54,645 bases of DNA, from assembly GCF_004010195.1 (NCBI RefSeq), contig NC_057719.1:24169933-24224577 (forward strand), read 5' to 3'. Source of the stretch: Chiloscyllium plagiosum (taxonomy: Eukaryota). The notes below the pieces were generated by a model, which worked only from the letters and a program-made list of their open reading frames with translations, was not told where the DNA came from and ran no database searches. Below are positions 1 to 13,144 of the stretch, piece after piece; positions within the stretch are counted from its first letter, which is position 1; each line of letters starts with the position of its first letter. The position numbers and the translations under genes are program-made.

Positions 1-1124
1 AAAAATGAGTAGCCTTCTGCATTTCCATTGCTTTAGGCGTTCTGATAGTCCACTCAAGCCTTGCATCTTAATTACTTTACCTTCATAACAATATTTTTAA
101 AGATTTATTTCTTTTTGAGATTTGGAAATTGCTGATAAGGTTAGCATTTGCTGTCGATGCTTAATTGCCCTTAAACTAAGTAACATCCTAAGCCATTTCA
201 TGGGTGTGCTAAAAGATACTTTATCAGTGGTTCTGGAGTTACATGTAGGTGGATGTCAGATTTCTTTTCCTCGAGGATATTAACAAATCAGATACATTTT
301 TTCCATGATTAATAATAGTTTCATGATCACCAGTATTGAGGCTAACTTTCAATTCCAGATTGATTAATTGAATTAAATTCTACCAGCTGCCATAGTAGGA
401 TTTGGACGTGTCTCCAGTGCATTAACCTCGGCCTCTGAATTACTCATCCTGGGACAATGATCGTCCAAGAACTAAACATCTCTAAATATTAACATTAACC
501 ATGAACTAAATTTCTGCAACAATATATAAAAACTGGAATTCCTTTTTCCATTTTTAAACAAAACTCCCACCTTTAAAAAATATTTTATCTGCACTTATAG
601 ATCACCCTGATCCTCCAATGCCATTAATCCTACAGGTTTGATTATACTTTTCACTGTTCTCCTCCTCCTTGTCACCGTGCTCGCCCACCCTACAATTTTA
701 TTATCACTGCAAACTTTGTTCAAACCATTTCTATAAATGGGAAACAGCGGTGTTTCTAACATTTCCCAAAGAGACATAGTATAATCACAAATAGCTAATC
801 TGTGCAACATCCAGTTACTTGGTTCTACTTGCTAGTCACTTTCCTGTCCAACCATTTTTAAAATTTTCATAAGACCTTCACTGGCAACTTATCAAGCTCT
901 TTCTGAAAAAGACTCAATATATTAACAATGCTAGCTTTATCTTGGCACGCTGATTTCCTCAAGTAACTCAACTAATTTAATCAAACATGACCAAGCCTTC
1001 ATAAAATCATTTCAATGTGTAATGGGTTCATTCCCTTTTGGAACTCTCAAAATAATTGTATCCATTTTCTTATTCTATAAAACTCAAGATACTTCCCAGA
1101 TTAAAAATAACTCACTTCAGTGCA

Positions 1125-4100
1125 AGTCGTTCACAGGATATCAGCATTGCTGAGTAGAACGGCATTTATTGCCCATCCCTGATTTGTTTCGAAAAGCTGA
1201 CTTCTTGACTTTTGCAGTCCATGAAGACTAAGTATACCCACAATGCTTTGAGGCAGTGAGTTCCAGGAATTCATCCCAGTGACAATTAAGGAAAGGTTAC
1301 TTGGAGGGGAACTTGCAGCTGGGTTCTCACAGGTATATTGCTGCCCTTTCATTTCTTGATGATAGAGGTCAAGGATTGAGAAGGTGATGTCAAAGGATTC
1401 TGAGTGAGTTGTTGCAGTGCAACTTATTGATGACATTCCCTGCTGCCACTGTATGCGGTACTACACGAAGTGAGCATTGAAGATATTACAACGGGTATCA
1501 ATCCAACAGGTGACTGTGTCCTTTGTGGTGCATCCATCCAGGCAACTGAAAAGTAATCCTTCACTCTCCTCAATTGTGCCTTGTGCACAGGTTTTGAGTC
1601 AGGAGGTGTGTTAGATGCTACAGAATTCCCAGTCTCGGGCATGTTCTTGAATTCATTTTATTTATTAACCAGGTCCGCTTTGGTTTATGAGATACTTCCC
1701 CCAGGATGTTGATATTTGAGGATTCAGTAATGTTAACACTATTGAATACCATTGGGTAGTGATCAGATTGTTGGAAAGAGTCGTTACTTGGCACTCGTGT
1801 GGCAAGACTGTTATTTGTCACTATCAATCCAAGCCATTATGTTGTCCAAGTCTTGCTGTATTTGAATGCAGACGGTTTCAGTATCTGAGGAGTGGCAAAC
1901 AATACTGAGCACTGTGCAATGAGCAAACATCCCCATTTCTGATCAGATAGAGGCGATCAATGAATTGGTTGGAGATGTTTGAGCCTTGGACACTAACCTG
2001 AGGAACTCCTACAGCAATGTCCTGGGACTGATCAAAAGCCATGATCACTTTCCATTATGCAAATATGACAAATCAGCAGAAAGTCCTCCTCTCCCTCAAT
2101 TTCCATTAACTCCAGTAGGCTAGGGCTTATGATGCCACACTCTGTCAAATGCTGCCTTAATGTTAAGGGCAGACATACTCACTTCCCCTCGAGTTCAGCT
2201 GTTTATTCATATTTGGACCAAGCAGCAATGAGATCAGGAGCCAAATGGGTCTAGCTGAACTCAAAATGAACAAATTATTGACCTGCAAGTGCCACTTGAC
2301 AGCACTGATGCTGATATCTTCTATTACATTGCTGATGATTAGAACATAACCGTGCAGTACAGGCCCTTTGCCCCTCGATGTTGTGCTGAGCTGTGGAACC
2401 AGCCTGAAGCTCATCTCCCCTACAGTATTCCATTTTCATCCATATGTTTATCCAATGACTATTTAAATGACCTTAAAGTTGGCGAGTCTACTACTGTTGT
2501 AGGCAGTGCGTTCCACGCCCCTAATACTCTGAGTAAAGGAACTACCTTTGACATCTGTCCTATATCTAAAACCCCTCAATTTAAAGCTGTCCCCTCATGC
2601 TAGCCATCACCATCCGAGGAAAAAGATTCTCACTGTTCACTCTATCTAAACTCCTGATTATCTTATATGTCTCAATTAAGTCACATCTCAATAATCTTCT
2701 CTCTAACAAAAACAGCCTCAAGTCCCTTAACCTTTCCTCATAAGCCCCTCCCTCCCTACATGGCAACATCCTGGTAAATCTCCTCTGAAACCTTTCCAAA
2801 GCATCCTCATCCTTCCTATAATGCGGTGACCAGAACTGTACGCAATATTCCAAGTGCAGCCGCAACAGAGTTTTGTACTGCTGCAGCGTGATCTCGTGAC
2901 TCCGAAACTCAATCCCTCTACTCATAAAAGCTAACACACTGTATAACTTCTTAACAACCCTATCAACCTGGGTGGCAACTTTCAGGGATCTATATACATG
3001 AACACCAAGATCTCTCTGCTCAACTGCACTACCAAGAATCTTACCATTAGCCCAGTAATGTATATTCCTGTTACTCTTTCCAAGGTGAATCACCTCACAC
3101 TTTTCTGCATTAAATGCCATTTGCCACCTCTCAGCCCAGCTCTGCAGCTTATCCATGTCTCTCTTAACCTGCAACATCCTTCAGCACTATCCACAATTCT
3201 ACCGACCTTAATGTAATGCACAAATTTGCTAACCCATCCTTCTATGCCCACATCTAGGTCATTTATAAAAATGACAAACAACAGTGCACCCAAAACAGAT
3301 CCTTGTGGTACACCACTCGTAACTGAACTCCATGATGAACATTTCCCATCAACCACCACTCTCTGTCTTCTTTCAGCAAGCCACTTTCTGATCCAAACCA
3401 CTAAATCACTTCAATCTCATGCCTCCGTCTTTTCTGCAACAGCCTACCGTGGGGAACCTTATCAAACACCTTACTGAAATTCATAATACATCACATCAAC
3501 CTTTTTACCCTCATCCACCTGTTTGGTTAACTTCTCAAAGAACTCAATAAGGTTTGTGAGGCATGACCTACCCTTCACAAAACTGTGTTGACTATCCCTA
3601 ATCAACTTATTCCTTTCTAGATGATTATAAATCCTATCTCTTATAACCTCTTCCAACACTTTACCCACGACTGAAGTAAGGCTCACAGGTCCATAATTAC
3701 CAGGGTCATCTCTACTCACCTTCTTGAACAAGGGGACAACATTTACTATCCTCCAGTCTTCTGGCACTATTCCTGTAGACAATGACAACATAAAGATCAA
3801 AGCCAAAGGCTCTGCAATCTCTACCCTTGCTTCCCAGAGAATCCTATGATAAAAGCTATAGAACCCAGGGGACTTACCTATTTTTGCAACTTCCAGAATT
3901 GCTAACACCTTCTCGTGAACCTCAATCCCGCCTAGTCTATTGGCTTGTATCTCCGTCTTCTCCTTGACATCACTGTCTTTTTCCACTGACAAAAAATATT
4001 CATTTAGTGCTTCCCCCGTCTCCTCGGACTCCACGCACAAGTTCCCACTACTATCCTTGATTGGTCCTAGTCTTTCTCTAGTCATTCTTTTATTCCTGAT

Positions 4101-4640
4101 ACACCCATAGAAAACTTTAGGATTTTCCTTGATCCTACCTGCCAATTACTTCTCATTTCCCCTCCTCGCTCTTCTTAGCTCTGTCTTTAGGTCTTTCTTG
4201 GCTAATGTGTTAGGGCTCTCAAGCGCCCTAACTGAGCCTTCACATCTCATCCTAACATAAGCCTTCTTCTTCCCTTGACAAGAGATTCAACTTCTTTCAT
4301 AAACCACGGCTCCCTCGCTCGACCATTTCCTCCCTGCCTGACACTTATCAAAGACACGCAGTAGCTGTTCCTTGAATCAGCTCCACATTTCAAGTGTGCC
4401 CATCCCCTGCAGTTTCCTTCCCCACCTTATGCATTCTAAATCTTGATTGATGGGGTGGTAATTAGCTGGGTTGGATTTGACCTGTATTTTGTGGCAGGTC
4501 ATCCCCAAATAAATTCCCACATTTCCTGGTAGATTCAAGTGTTGTAGCTATACTGGGACAGCTTTGCTACTGATGTGGCCAGGTCTGGAGTACCAGTCTT
4601 CAGCATAATTGCTGGGATTCAGCAATAGCCTTTGCAGCAT
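1125..4640 (-). mobile_element. Old LINE (CR1/L2-group) relic split by a younger CR1: pieces ~1125-2340 and ~4443-4640
   Basis: The same degenerate 3' end (gcatttattgcccatccct...) recurs at ~110-450 and ~53560-54060. The sequence appears to resume across the 2341-4442 insert (...gctgatgatt / gattgatggggtggtaatt...). Confidence 0.6.
2341..4442 (-). mobile_element. CR1-type LINE, 5'-truncated, disrupted ORF2 (reverse transcriptase)
   Basis: ORF fragments PEDWRIVNVVPLFKK, SCLTNLIEFFE, SGVPQGSVLG.LLF.IFINDLD and [12 protein letters not shown] in successive frames. Confidence 0.93.
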
Positions 4641-4648
4641 GTACATAG

Positions 4649-5352
4649 TTAAAAATCACACAACACCAGTTATAGTCCAACAGATTTATTTGAAAGCACT
4701 AGCTTTCGGAGCACTGATCCTTTGTCAGGTGGTTGTGGAGTACAAGATCGTAAGACACAGAATTTATAGCAAATGTTTACAGTGTGATGCAACTGAAATT
4801 ATATATTGGAAATGACTGGATTGTTTGTTAAGTCTCTCATCTTTTAGAATGACCATGTTAATTTCAGTTCTTTCATATGTAAGTCCCAGAACATTTTTTT
4901 AAAGTTACATTCTCAAGTGAACTTTAACAATAGGTGCCATGTCAGCTTAGATAATGCATTGAAGGTGTGAGGTGCCCTGTGTGAGGCTATCTTTGCCCCA
5001 ATGTTCAAACTGATTCTATTTCTAAAAAATGGATTTAGAGAATCTTACATAGGTTCATGCAGTACGTAATTCTGCAAGTATAAATTCACCCCACAAACTT
5101 ATGTGTCTGTGTGTGTGTGTGTGTTGTGTGTGTGTGAGAGAGAGTGTGTGTGTGAGAGAGAGAGTATATGTGTGTGTGAGAGAGAGTGTGTGTGGGGATG
5201 TGAGAGACTGTGTATGTGAGAGAGAAAGAGTGTGTGTGTGTGAGAGAGAGTGTGTGTGGGAGAGAGTGTGTGTGTGAGAAAGAGAGTGTGTGTGAGAGAG
5301 AGAGTGTGTGCGAGAGAGAGAATGTGTATGAGAGAGAGAGAGAGAGTGTGTG

Positions 5353-5388
<36 letters not shown>

Positions 5389-5900
5389 TAGAGCAGTGGG
5401 GTCACCTGTAGTGTGACATGAACCCAAGATCCCGGTTGAGGCCATCCTCATGGGTACCAAACTTGGTTATCAGCCTCTGCTCGGCCATTTCACATTGTTG
5501 CCTGTCTGTCTTGGAGGATGGTCAGCTGAAGGTCTGAGGTTAAATGTCCTGAAATGCTAACGTGTTCTCCAATTGGGAGGGAACACTCCTATCTGGTGAT
5601 TGTTGTGCAGTGTCCATTCTTCTGTTGCTGTAGCCTTTGCTCGGTCTCGCCAATGTACCATGCCTCACAGCAACCTTGCCTACAGCATATGAGATAGACA
5701 ACGTTGACCGAGTTACATGAGTACCTGACGCATACATGGTGGGTGGTGTCCCCACGTGTTATGGTGGTATCCATGTCGACACTCTGACACGTCTTGCAGT
5801 GTCCACCGTGACAGTGTTGTACGGTGTTGTCGTGAAAACCGATCAGTTTGCTGTGAACAATGATCTGGTGGTTGGTGATTGTTTAAAGGCGAGATTGTTT
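4649..5900 (-). mobile_element. Penelope-like element 3' fragment with GIY-YIG endonuclease remnant and terminal repeat
   Basis: ORF 5589-5774 reads YSCNSVNVVYLICCRQGC.EAWYIGET (GIY-YIG signature). The terminus at ~4650-4730 carries a degenerate hammerhead core and is shared with 44280-44392 and 42035-42150. Confidence 0.88.
5101..5388. repeat. Compound (GT)n/(GA)n microsatellite within the Penelope element
   Basis: Alternating GT and GA tracts are directly visible. Confidence 0.97.
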
Positions 5901-5901
5901 A

Positions 5902-6135
5902 GGGGGCAGCACGTGGCTCAGTGGTTAGCACTGCTGCCTCACAGCACCAGGGACCCAGATTCAATTCCAGCCTCGGGTGATTGTCTGTGTGGAGTTTGCA
6001 CATTCTCCCCGTGTTTGCGTGGGTTTCCTCCGGGTGCTCCGGTTTCCTCCCACAGTTAAAAGATGTGCAGCTCAGGTGAATTGGTCATGCTAAATTGCCC
6101 ATAGTGTTAGGTGCATTAGTTAGAGGGAAATGAGT
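5902..6135 (+). mobile_element. HE1-type V-SINE, 3'-truncated
   Basis: tRNA-like head GTGGCTCAGTGGTTAGCACTGCTGCCTCACAG plus the V-core tgtgtggagtttgcacattctcccc...gggtgctccggtttcctccc. Confidence 0.9.
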
Positions 6136-7183
6136 CTCCAGCTTCTCCAACATTCACAACATGATGTGGCAGGAATGCAGAGCCTAGATTATCCCAGGAG
6201 GCCTCAACATTCAACCATTCAGGAAGATTATGGCTAATTTAATTGTGGTTCCAATGCCACATTTCCAATTTGGATCGACTCAGGCTTGGAGGGCCGAAGG
6301 GCCTATTCCTGGGCTGTAAATTTTCTTTGTTCTCTGTATTTTTGTTCAATCCCTTAAACCTATCCTTCCATTCAGTAAGATTGTGACTGATCCAATTGTG
6401 GTTCCAACTCCACATTCCCATCCAGCCCCAATAAACTCTGACTTGCTTGTTATTAAAGAATCAATCTAACTGTCATAAAAGTATTCAATAGCTGGACTGC
6501 TACTGCTTGAGCAGGAAAAGAAATCCAATAATTCACAACTCTCAGAGAAAAAGAAATCTTACTGATGTTCCATTTAAGACCACTTACTTTTCAAATCTAA
6601 GTGGTCACCTAGATCTACTTTCTCTCACAAGAAAGTTCCCTCAAGCCTTTATTTCTCAATAAGATCACCTCTTATTCATCTAAACCTAAGTGGATATAAT
6701 TTGTCCAACCTTTCCACATAAAATAACCCCAGTCACAATATCAGTCAAGTGAACCTTCTCTCAAATATATTCTCTCAAAATTAGGAGACAAATCATGCAG
6801 TAATCCAGGTGTGAAATCATACTGTGCAACTGTAGCAAAACTTCCCTAATCCTAAATCTTCTGCAATAAATGACAGCATTCCAGTTGACTTCCTATTCAC
6901 TTGCTGTGGCATAGTTAGTGTGCTTACAAAAAGATGTCAACTACCTTCACCCCACACCACCCAACACACACAAACACACACACACTACCATCTCCTGCTA
7001 GCTTCAGACTGAAAAAGAGCAACCTGGCTTGGTGAGGTATTTACATTGTATGAATTAAACATAAATCGCAAAATGAAAAACGATACAAATTAGTCTTTGT
7101 TATGAATACAAGTTAGTGCAGTGTATTGTATCTTTTTAAAGCATAAAAATATCAACATGAAAGCATTTTGTTCCAAACCATAC

Positions 7184-7273
7184 CGTATGCCTGAATCCTT
7201 TTCATAAAGAAGGATATCGCATGGTTTGGAAGCTACATCTTCTGGTGGAAATCCATTTCCACAAAGAATTACT
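7184..7273 (-). CDS. Candidate 90-nt phase-2/phase-2 cassette exon
   Basis: Donor ACG|GTATGG and a weak acceptor (TTGCTTAAAG|). Open in phase 2: VILCGNGFPPEDVASKPCDILLYEKDSGI. Confidence 0.3.
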
Positions 7274-8068
7274 CTTTAAGCAATGGCAGCTGTTAACATG
7301 TTATTAGCACCTTTGTCAACAATTACAGTTTGCTTTAATTTAATTCTAACTTTTCATGAACTGAATGTTAATAGAGTGCAAAGAGACATTAGAAATCCAT
7401 TCAGAAGAAGCGTCACTGGACCCCAAACATTAACTCTAACTTCTCTTCACAGATGCTGTCAGACCTGCTGAGCTTTTTCCAGCAATTTCTCTGCTTTTGT
7501 ATCTGATTAGAATTTTGTGTTCAATCTCTAAAGGTAAAATAAAACTTATTTTGGCAAAAAAATAGACTTACTGCACTGAAAAGGAATAAGAAACTCAAAA
7601 ATTTGATAATGTTAGAGAAATTGGTCTCAGCACTTCATGAACAATAATCTTCTAATCTGTCTTGGGTATTTATTTGTTTTACTGATTACAAGGTCAGTGA
7701 TTCATAGACAATAAAAATTGAGCTTTGAGAACAATGATTAAAGAATGTGAGAATTAGTATCAAGCATATGAATTTAAAAGTCAAAATTGCAAAGGTTTCC
7801 CAAGCAGCACTATGGGTTTAAAATGTTTCATCAGCATTAATGTGGTTTGAATTTGCTTTCTGAGGTTAATTCAAGTATAATTTTCAATTAGCCATAAAAG
7901 GGTATTAGTGCTCGACATACAATATTAGAAAGCTGGAATGTGTCCTTAAATCTCATTATCAGAAGCATACACAGCTGATGCATGGGGAGATAAGGAAAAT
8001 GTTTTATGTAGAACTGAAGGAAAAAGACTAAAAGGGTTTATCCACAATTAAAGTTTGAAACACTTTAC

Positions 8069-8218
8069 CTGATGTCCCCAGTAGGTTTTTGAAACACAAC
8101 TTTCTCCCTACCGAAGTCCCTGTAGATCTGTGAAGAGCTGAAGGAAAGGGGAGATTGATATGATGTAACACTCCCGCCGCCCCAATTTCGCACGATGCTG
8201 TGTTGATAAGAGCTGTTG
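8069..8218 (-). CDS. Candidate 150-nt phase-2/phase-2 cassette exon in PPP4R4 intron 2
   Basis: Long pyrimidine tract TGTTTTCTCTCTCCTGTTTCAG|, donor CAG|GTAAAG, length a multiple of 3. Open in the phase left by exon 2: NSSYQHSIVRNWGGGSVTSYQSPLSFSSSQIYRDFGREKVVFQKPTGDI. No homology recognised. Confidence 0.5.
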
Positions 8219-11069
8219 CTGAAACAGGAGAGAGAAAACATGGGAGACAGATAGATAGTGGAAGATGATATGAAATCAGCTCAAGCCATAGGCCAATTCT
8301 GAAGGGCAGAGATCCGAAAGAAAGAGGAAAAAGGCAATTTAATAGGCAGAAATAGATACCATCCATTTAAAGGGGAGGGAAAGAAAATCTCCTTAAATCT
8401 AGAAAAGAAAGACAAGTAACAGATGACAAAAATATAATTGCTTAGTAAGCTCAATGGACAGATGGAAGTGAAGACTTTGTATGCTTATGATAATGTTGGC
8501 AATTCCAGACGTCCTTAAATGAACTAATTTATTCAAGTATTTTGTCAGCTATTGTTATGGCTAGCTACAGCATTCAAATGTTCATTTTCTGTATAAATCA
8601 AATGACCCCAGGTCCACTGAAGGGCACATTAATTTATGTAATTTATGTAACTGCAATAGTAGCTAATTTAGGGAACTAATTGATGTTGCAGTGGTGACAA
8701 CTTCAAAACTGGTCTTAATTCTGCATCTGCATAAAATGATAGCTGCTGCAGAAGTCTACTTATTCAATACGCTTGCAGTGTCTACTTTGTAAACACAGGA
8801 AGGACATAATTTTCTGCTATAATTATTCTGATTTTGTGAATTACACAGTTAAAATTGGTCTTTAGCAAACATACTTTATTACATGACAAGGCTTAAGCGT
8901 ACATGCTAACAACATTTTGTTAGAATGTCTTGCAGATTGTATATTAATAATCACTTAGTGGCACAAAACTTGAGGATTGCTGAGAAAAGACATGTCAAAG
9001 AATTTTTACCTACTGAATGAAAAGTAAAATAAAAACATGAAAAACTTTGACAAAATTTGCCTTTTTTCGTGAATACTCAAGATTGCATATTTGTGATAGC
9101 TTAATTACAATGAGAATATTTAGCAATTATGGCAATTTGTTTTTGTTGGTGCTTTGTGTGCAATTTACATGGAGTTTTTCATAAATTTAAATAGGTGATC
9201 ATGTAGAGTCCAAAAGCTGTTAAAAATGTAATGGTTACTTCTGGCACAATTTACATAAAAATGGTTGACCTTAACATATTGCTGCACCTGTTACGGGAAA
9301 TGTTACTGATGAATGCCCATCAATCTCCATCTTAAAATACAGTCACAGACCCAGACTCAAACTCAGACCAATTGACTCTAGTTTTTATTTTACCACAGAT
9401 GACCTCTGACCGAGTATTTCCAATTTTTTTGTATATTAATTTAAAATATGATAAGAAATGTTAATATCTATTTCATGCATAGTAAGCTAGCATAAGCAAA
9501 AACAGAATGTTCAATGATTAATTACATATGCCACTCATTTCATGGGATTACTATAAATTAGATGGTCATGATAGAATAAGTTCTTAAACGTCCATGGCAC
9601 CTACAGTACCTGCCGACTTAATTAACTGATCTCTTAGATATATGCTCGCCAAGGAAAGAAAGGAAAAACTTTAAAATCTGTAAAAGGAAAGCAAAACAAT
9701 AAGTAAAATAAATCCACCCAAAATCCTCACTTAACATTGCCAGTCTCTCCAAATGTTCCAAGTTCTTAACATCATTTCAGTTAATTAATCTTTGACTACA
9801 TTTATTGGAAAAATATTATGCACTCCAAGAAAAATAATATCAAGTCTTAAGCAAAATTTCACACTATGGAGTTAAAACAAAGAATTCTATTCACATCAAA
9901 AAAACTGCAATAAGTCATTTAACCAAATTAGATAAGTGCCAACATTGAAATGTTTAAAATGGCAGGTTAAATGGTGGCATCAACTTTTACAATATTTAAA
10001 TTATTCATCTGAAAAAGAAATAGAAAACTGCGCACTTAAATGACTATTAATAAAGAAACTGCCCAGTTTCTAAGAAGAGTATTCCTCTGCATTATCGGTG
10101 TACACCAAGTTCAATGTTTAACTTTTGGAATTTTAACCAATATTAATGCATTTATATGATCAAGTGCATCATTACTTTGTTCTGTTTTTATAACAAGCAT
10201 TTAACAGACACTGGACAAAGTGGGTAAATAAAGAAAATCCTTTGGAAATCCACATTCCACATGGCGGGATTTGAAGCTTGGTCCACAGAACATTACCTGG
10301 ATCTCTGGATTAAAAGTTGAATGATAACACCCCCCACTAGGTCAATGCCTCCCCTATACTTGTCTTCCTCTGACATCATGTTAATAACCATCAATCCAAC
10401 TGAGCTAACTGGTCCACAAAATCCTGAATGAAGTGTTATTTCAACCTGTCCTAGTCTAGGTTGCTGTCAGTGGTTCCAACAAGGAAACTGATCTTAACAC
10501 TGAATTTTCACAATGACATCATTACAAAACTAACTCCTGAAAGCCAGAATCCACAAATCCTAACCTGGATTTCAGCCACTATCATATTCATTGTTCTGGT
10601 TAGGTTGTGGGAGAGCAATGTGGACCACTTCGAAATTGCAACCTGTGGTGCACAGTAGCAGTTACCCATGTAAAACAGTAGCTACCCAAAGTCATGTCCG
10701 ATTTATATTATCCAGAGATGAGGAATGTGATCATTAGAATAGGTAGTGTTAGATCTAAATATTGCAGAATTGTTTGGATAGTAGGGTACCCATTTAGAAA
10801 GTAAAGATATCCTTTGAAAATGATCCCAGGATGTCTATGGAGGAGGTTAAGTGGCCATTGATATTGTTAAAAGAATGACGTTTGTAATAAGTGCACCAAT
10901 TCATTGGAAATGTCAAAACTCACTGTCTAAAGGAACCATCAACATAGCTGTCAACAAGGGAGCTGTCAAGTTGTTAAGACATTTAAAAACATTTCCCCTT
11001 TAAATATTTTTTTAAAACTTACCTACATTATTATACAAAATGCTCATTATTGCACTTTGCCTGTTGAAG

Positions 11070-11840
11070 TAAGCCTGAATTACAGGTGATATGCCTTTAG
11101 GACCAGTTCATAAATGTGAAGGATGACAGATTTTGTCTCGTAATAACCAAGGAACATCTTAGGGGTCAGCATGGAACAAACCTCGAACTTTCCTGGTTAA
11201 CTGACTCTGGATCATGAGAGTCCACATTTCTTGTGGCATCATGGTTACCTGTTACTTTTAAAGGTAGTGAAAAAGAATTCAACTTCAACTTCTTCAAATT
11301 TACAAATTTAGCAATATTTACAAACCTCAAGGCTTGGTTCTGGGGCAGGGAATTTGTTATTGGGAGATGGAGAATTTTCCTTTGAAGTTTTAATCCAGTT
11401 AAATCTGTGTACTTATAATTCCAGTTCCAATTTTATGAACTGGAATACCCAGGCCTCTCTCTTGCTCTCTGCTCCTCAACTCTAGCTATGTTTCCAGCTC
11501 TTCCAGCTCTAGAATAGCTCATGAAGCATCATTTGAGTTTCCAGTTCCAAACTTCCATACAATTTGTGGATAGAGGTTAAGAGGCTTGAGCAATACCTGA
11601 AGCGTTTTATTCCTTTGACTTTATTGAGTTATTTTAATTTTTGTTCCCCAGCTACTATTTTTAATCTTCTATGCTCAGAGATGTTAATATTTCACTAGTC
11701 AAATTTCCTTGCTCTCGAAGCACCTTTATGTCAACATCTGCCTTTGTTCTTATGGAAGTTTAAAGAAAGATTACTGTGTTTCTTCGTTTCACAAGTAATT
11801 TAACTTGATTTTTCAATTTTTTTGCTTGCCATTGGTTTCT
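11070..11840 (-). mobile_element. Highly degraded Ty3/Gypsy (Gmr1-like) gag fossil
   Basis: Frameshifted translation KFEEVEVEFFFTTFK..MPQEMWTLMIQSQLTRK / EVCSML..YYETKSVILHIYELVLKAYHL*FR resembles recalled gag motifs W.LLLQS.L.GKA and IL..YELVPEAYRQ.FR. An E/R-rich segment precedes it. Confidence 0.7.
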
Positions 11841-13144
11841 TTGAATCTAAGAGTTAAAGCAACATTTCATGTTTTACTTTTTTTCAAAAAAAATGCTTAC
11901 AATGCTGGAATGCAGACAGGCCTTCTACCTTAGTCCACCTGTGCCCATGCCACAATCATGTCGCCCACCACCCTAGAACAAAAATCCTAACTTCCAAGAC
12001 CCTTTCTCTTAGCTCAGGTTTGTCGAACAGGGAATTATCCCAGAAGCACAACATTTGCTGAACATATATTGTGCAAATATTCAGTGCAAACAGGTGAATT
12101 CTGTTTGGTAGCCTTTAAAGTGCTTGACAACATTCCAATTAGATCTTAGGTGTTGCAGTTTCCAATTTTATTTTCACATTATTACTGAAAAAATGTAGTG
12201 TTACAATGTTAGATTGGTATAAGAGAAGGGTCGAGATTATAGGGAGCAAGATGGCTATGTAGCAACAAAATAAAAACAGTGCAGAGAAACAGTTATAAAA
12301 TAAGCTACTGTTTGACATGATAGTGGTATGGATAATAGATTCAGCATAAATCAGAGCAAGATACTAACTGGTAGTGAGGAATAAAATATGCGGATGCTTG
12401 CATGTAAAATTTAAAAGCAGGTCAAGTTCTCTGCTGTCACAATTTATCAGACTGTCAGTGAGCAGACAACCAATGACCATGGTTTAGATTTTTATTTAGT
12501 TTATCCTTCCTGATGTGCAGTTGAAGGAGATTGTTGTTCATCCTAGACTTGATTACTGCTATATAATTCATAATGATGGGGTTAAAGAGTTCATTATGCT
12601 AGCAGATAGCAAATCCCAATATTATCAACAACTATCAGAAAGATGACCAATGTATTTGAATGAGGTCATAAAGGGGCAATATGTCAATGAATAAAAGGAA
12701 ATGAGACACAAAGATTTATGAGATGATAGCACAGAGGCATTAGAAAGCAATACAAGAGAAGTATTGTCTACATGAGGACAGATAGGAATGGAACAGAAAC
12801 AATGTCATGGAGAAGAGAGTGTGCAGGAAAACAGTGCCACCTGCCAAGCATTGTAAAGGCATATAATCAAAATTAGAGGGAATGATGGATATGGTGTTAG
12901 AATTAAAGGAAGTCACTGATAATTTTCATGATGGTGACCTCCATCCATTTGAAATTTCTTCAGCCTCTTCCAGAGATCTCGCAATGCACATTTAGTGGCC
13001 ACAGAATGTTCAAAAATTGAAGGGTAATAGCTGGATCAGACAAAAGACCTGGCATGTCAACAGAAAGCCTTTAAAAATTCTTTTGTTGGGTTTAACAAAG
13101 TTGTCAATCCTAAATACAAGATCACACACTTAGAGAAAAAGTAA

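Noticed and set aside
5055..5460. His/Thr/Ser/Leu-rich ORFs
   Set aside because: Translations of the GT/GA microsatellite.
6211..6420. Duplicated ~50-bp segment giving a repeated MW.WNHN peptide
   Set aside because: Diverged copies of an old LINE tail around a small CR1 3' insert; no sign of coding function.
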